From sequence record MZ443780.1: a stretch of DNA of 64,000 nucleotides. One strand, given 5' to 3'. This document shows, in pieces, positions 61,525 to 64,000 of this stretch. Both the position numbers and the translations under genes were made by a program. How positions within the stretch are numbered: position 1 is the first letter of the stretch; every line of letters starts with the position of its first letter. A model generated the notes under the pieces. It did no database searches and had not been told where the DNA came from. It worked only from the letters and a program-made list of their open reading frames with translations.

Positions 61525-62763
61525 ATGTCAAACGCAAACAAAAATCTGCTGAATGCCCGTGTTCGTCGTCTGGACGGTACTACCACTTACATCAACAAAG
61601 TGAACGCTAACGGTTATAGCACCGACGCGAAGGGCCCTCAAATCCCTGTGAAACGCATCGTGCTCGCGGGCAAAACGCTGAAAGAGATTGAAGCGCCCTA
61701 CGCGAAAACTGAGCACGTTCTGATTGACGGCATCACTGTGAAGCTGAACAAGCGCCAGCAAAAAGATCTGCGCAACGATGAAATCGACGTTGACACGATC
61801 AAGCCTGATTTTAGTTCTCTGGTGTACATCGACCCGGAAACAGGCAAGCCTGCTGTAGCGAAAGCTACGAAGCCGAAAGGCGGTGTGAAAGCGACGCGCG
61901 AGCGCAACAAAGACACGCGCTCTAAGAAAGAGCGTAAAGCAGAAGCAGACGCGTCGAGTGCTGACCTCGATATGATCCCACGCTCTGATGCGATTGACCG
62001 CAAAGCAGAGCTGGTGCAAATGATCGACGCGACAATCGCCGACGCAACGACGAAAGATCGTCGCAAGATGTTGAGCGAAGCGTTTGACATGGACTGGAAA
62101 GATGTTAAGCATCACGGTGGCAAGGGTGTTGTCAAGCACATGGGACGCAAGGCAGCACAACGCGCCTGTGATAAGCTGCGCGTAGCAACTACCAGCGATG
62201 CGTATATTAAGCAGATGCCCATCGAGCTTAAACGTCTTATTCAAGACGGTAAGCTGACGCTCAACAAGAAACAGATTGAGCGTGTGTTAGACGTGTTTGG
62301 GCTTGATATGCAGTTCTATGCAACTGCGATGCAGACGCTGCTGGGTAATCTCAAGCTGTCGCTCGATAAATCTATCGAGAACCCGAAAGTGAAAGAGAAG
62401 AAAGCGAAACACAAACTCGCTGTGCCGACCTACGCGTCTGAGAAAGAACAGACCAAGCGTGTGCGCAAGATGACTGTAAAACTCATCAAGCCGCCGAAGT
62501 CTGCAATGGCAGAGGCGAAAGCGCACATCAAAGAGTCGAAAGCGACTATCGCCAAGAAGCTGGGCATCAAGCCTGCTGACGTGAAGCGTGGTCTGCTGTG
62601 TTATAAACCGAACGGCGTTGAGCTGATGTTCGTAGCTTGCGACATGACCGGCCCTGTCTTCGTTGAGAAAGACGGTAGCGAGTGCGTAATGTCACACGCG
62701 AACGTGAAGCACACTTTCAACCTGACGCTGGGCACTAACTCTGAACTGGACGCGGCTGTATGA
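61525..62763 (+). CDS. basic multidomain protein, paralog of 59845..61443
   Basis: GAGGA RBS before ATG 61525; shared N-terminal domain. Confidence 0.8.
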   Translation: MSNANKNLLNARVRRLDGTTTYINKVNANGYSTDAKGPQIPVKRIVLAGKTLKEIEAPYAKTEHVLIDGITVKLNKRQQKDLRNDEIDVDTIKPDFSSLVYIDPETGKPAVAKATKPKGGVKATRERNKDTRSKKERKAEADASSADLDMIPRSDAIDRKAELVQMIDATIADATTKDRRKMLSEAFDMDWKDVKHHGGKGVVKHMGRKAAQRACDKLRVATTSDAYIKQMPIELKRLIQDGKLTLNKKQIERVLDVFGLDMQFYATAMQTLLGNLKLSLDKSIENPKVKEKKAKHKLAVPTYASEKEQTKRVRKMTVKLIKPPKSAMAEAKAHIKESKATIAKKLGIKPADVKRGLLCYKPNGVELMFVACDMTGPVFVEKDGSECVMSHANVKHTFNLTLGTNSELDAAV

Positions 62764-63143
62764 CGAACAACGAGATTATCCTGACAGGTGTATTTGCTCA
62801 ATTGTACTCGCGGCTGACTACAGCCGCTGTACTTGAAACGTATGTGTACTATTCTGATTTGGCCCCTGTAGTGTTTGGTGTGCAACTGTCCACCGTGAGC
62901 AATTCGCAGTACAACGCCTTGTGGGAACTCGTTGCGAAAACAATGCGCGTCGATATCGCAGCGGGCAGACCACCGCTTGCTGCGTTGTACGTGTCTCGCG
63001 CAACTGACGAGAAGACACCGAGCAAAAAGTTCTTCAAAGAATACTACAAACTCACGGGCGTACATCTGTCTGAGACAGACTGGCGAGCACTCGTTGAACA
63101 TGTGTGGAAATCTTATGCACCAGATCTTCGGGAGCCATCATGA
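62760..63143 (+). CDS. hypothetical protein
   Basis: ATGA coupling. Confidence 0.7.
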   Translation: MTNNEIILTGVFAQLYSRLTTAAVLETYVYYSDLAPVVFGVQLSTVSNSQYNALWELVAKTMRVDIAAGRPPLAALYVSRATDEKTPSKKFFKEYYKLTGVHLSETDWRALVEHVWKSYAPDLREPS

Positions 63144-63601
63144 AAAAGGCCAAAGTTGTAATTAGTCGCGGTGGCTATAGACCGTCATCGCAAGAAGAAT
63201 CTCAAAAGCTGGTCGCTGAGTTTCTTCTCGGTAATATCGGAATCAACCCTACTGTTATCAGCCAGCAAATGTTGCTCAACATTGCGAACTATAACTACCT
63301 GACGTCTATCGTAGACACGGGCAAAGCTACGCAAGCGAACCAGAGCACATTGCATAAAACTGTAAAAGAACTTAATGCGTTCTGTAGATCGCACAAAATT
63401 CCTCTGGGTTTGCTAATTATGCCCCATACTTCGACCAGCGATTATGCCGGTGATGAGGTGGTAGCGATTCCTTGGGAGCATGTGCGCTCGAACACATTGA
63501 GCCAGTCGGCCATCGAATCTCTGTTTGAAACAGTTGAAGCTGATGGTTACCCGCAGTTTGTGACTGATGCGAAGACAGTAGAGGGATACAATGTTTTATG
63601 A
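63140..63601 (+). CDS. hypothetical protein
   Basis: GGGAG RBS, ATGA coupling. Confidence 0.7.
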   Translation: MKKAKVVISRGGYRPSSQEESQKLVAEFLLGNIGINPTVISQQMLLNIANYNYLTSIVDTGKATQANQSTLHKTVKELNAFCRSHKIPLGLLIMPHTSTSDYAGDEVVAIPWEHVRSNTLSQSAIESLFETVEADGYPQFVTDAKTVEGYNVL

Positions 63602-64000
63602 TCACGTATTCAACCACGACGAGAAGCAATTGCTTTTGAAGGTGGCTGAGTCTAAATATCTGGTGCGGCTAGACTGCCCCGACTATTTGAAGAAGTCGAA
63701 ACACGCGATTGAGATCAGACATACTGTGACCAACCGTGGCGAGCAACGTCGAAGCGGTACGATAACAACCGCATTCGTACCGCGCATTCATTCTGCGACT
63801 GTGCAGCGACTGGTACGTGAAGTGCGAGACAGCCAAAGCAAAAGCGCGTCTGAGGGACTCGCTGCGTTATTCGAGTTAGGCCTGGGTGTGCCGAAGCAAC
63901 GTGATATCGCAACGTACCTGCGCGACTACTCGCGTGAGAACGATAAGAAGGGTGTGGGTATCAAGTATATCCGCAAACTGATTAATGAGTATCACCGCAA
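63591..64000 (+). CDS. hypothetical protein, partial (runs off the right edge; MFYDHVFNHDEKQLLL...)
   Basis: Read by hand and absent from the track. GAGGGA RBS; open to the window end. Confidence 0.75.
   Translation, partial: MFYDHVFNHDEKQLLLKVAESKYLVRLDCPDYLKKSKHAIEIRHTVTNRGEQRRSGTITTAFVPRIHSATVQRLVREVRDSQSKSASEGLAALFELGLGVPKQRDIATYLRDYSRENDKKGVGIKYIRKLINEYHR

Noticed and set aside
1-64000. Prophage or plasmid interpretation
   Set aside because: No integrase, repressor, partition or host housekeeping genes. A phage sigma, gp32-like SSB, UvsX and dense early genes indicate a lytic jumbo phage.

Overview
This 64-kb window is a segment of a lytic jumbo myophage that infects enterobacteria. 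By inference from gene content and order it most resembles the Erwinia/Dickeya 'hairy' jumbo phages (Y3/Alexandra/AD1/JA group); no database search was run. About 1-24 kb holds morphogenesis, replication and transcription genes: a RuvC-like resolvase, a six-Ig-repeat virion protein and its paralog, DnaG primase, a Cas4-like nuclease, a SWIM protein, an Acb1-like 2H phosphoesterase, a sigma factor, a gp32-like SSB, a RecA/UvsX with a 344-aa intein, and an AcrVA2-family protein. About 24.3-64 kb is a + strand early/accessory region of mostly hypothetical genes. It includes RHH, GNAT, KptA/Tpt1, radical SAM, TraR/DksA, UvsE, dUTPase, lytic transglycosylase and HD proteins, driven by ten copies of a sigma70 promoter with a long conserved upstream element. 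No rRNA, tRNA or CRISPR array was seen. The most notable observations are: the AcrVA2/FinQ-family homolog of unknown target; the extended early-promoter element; a second promoter motif (CTGTAAAWA) matching the phage sigma; a shared N-terminal [IV]SLS tag on several proteins; an expansion of HeH/Rho-N-like motifs; an acidic/basic paralog pair; a switch-like structured leader; and a CTAG-rich, A-tract-phased non-coding region that is a candidate origin or pac site.
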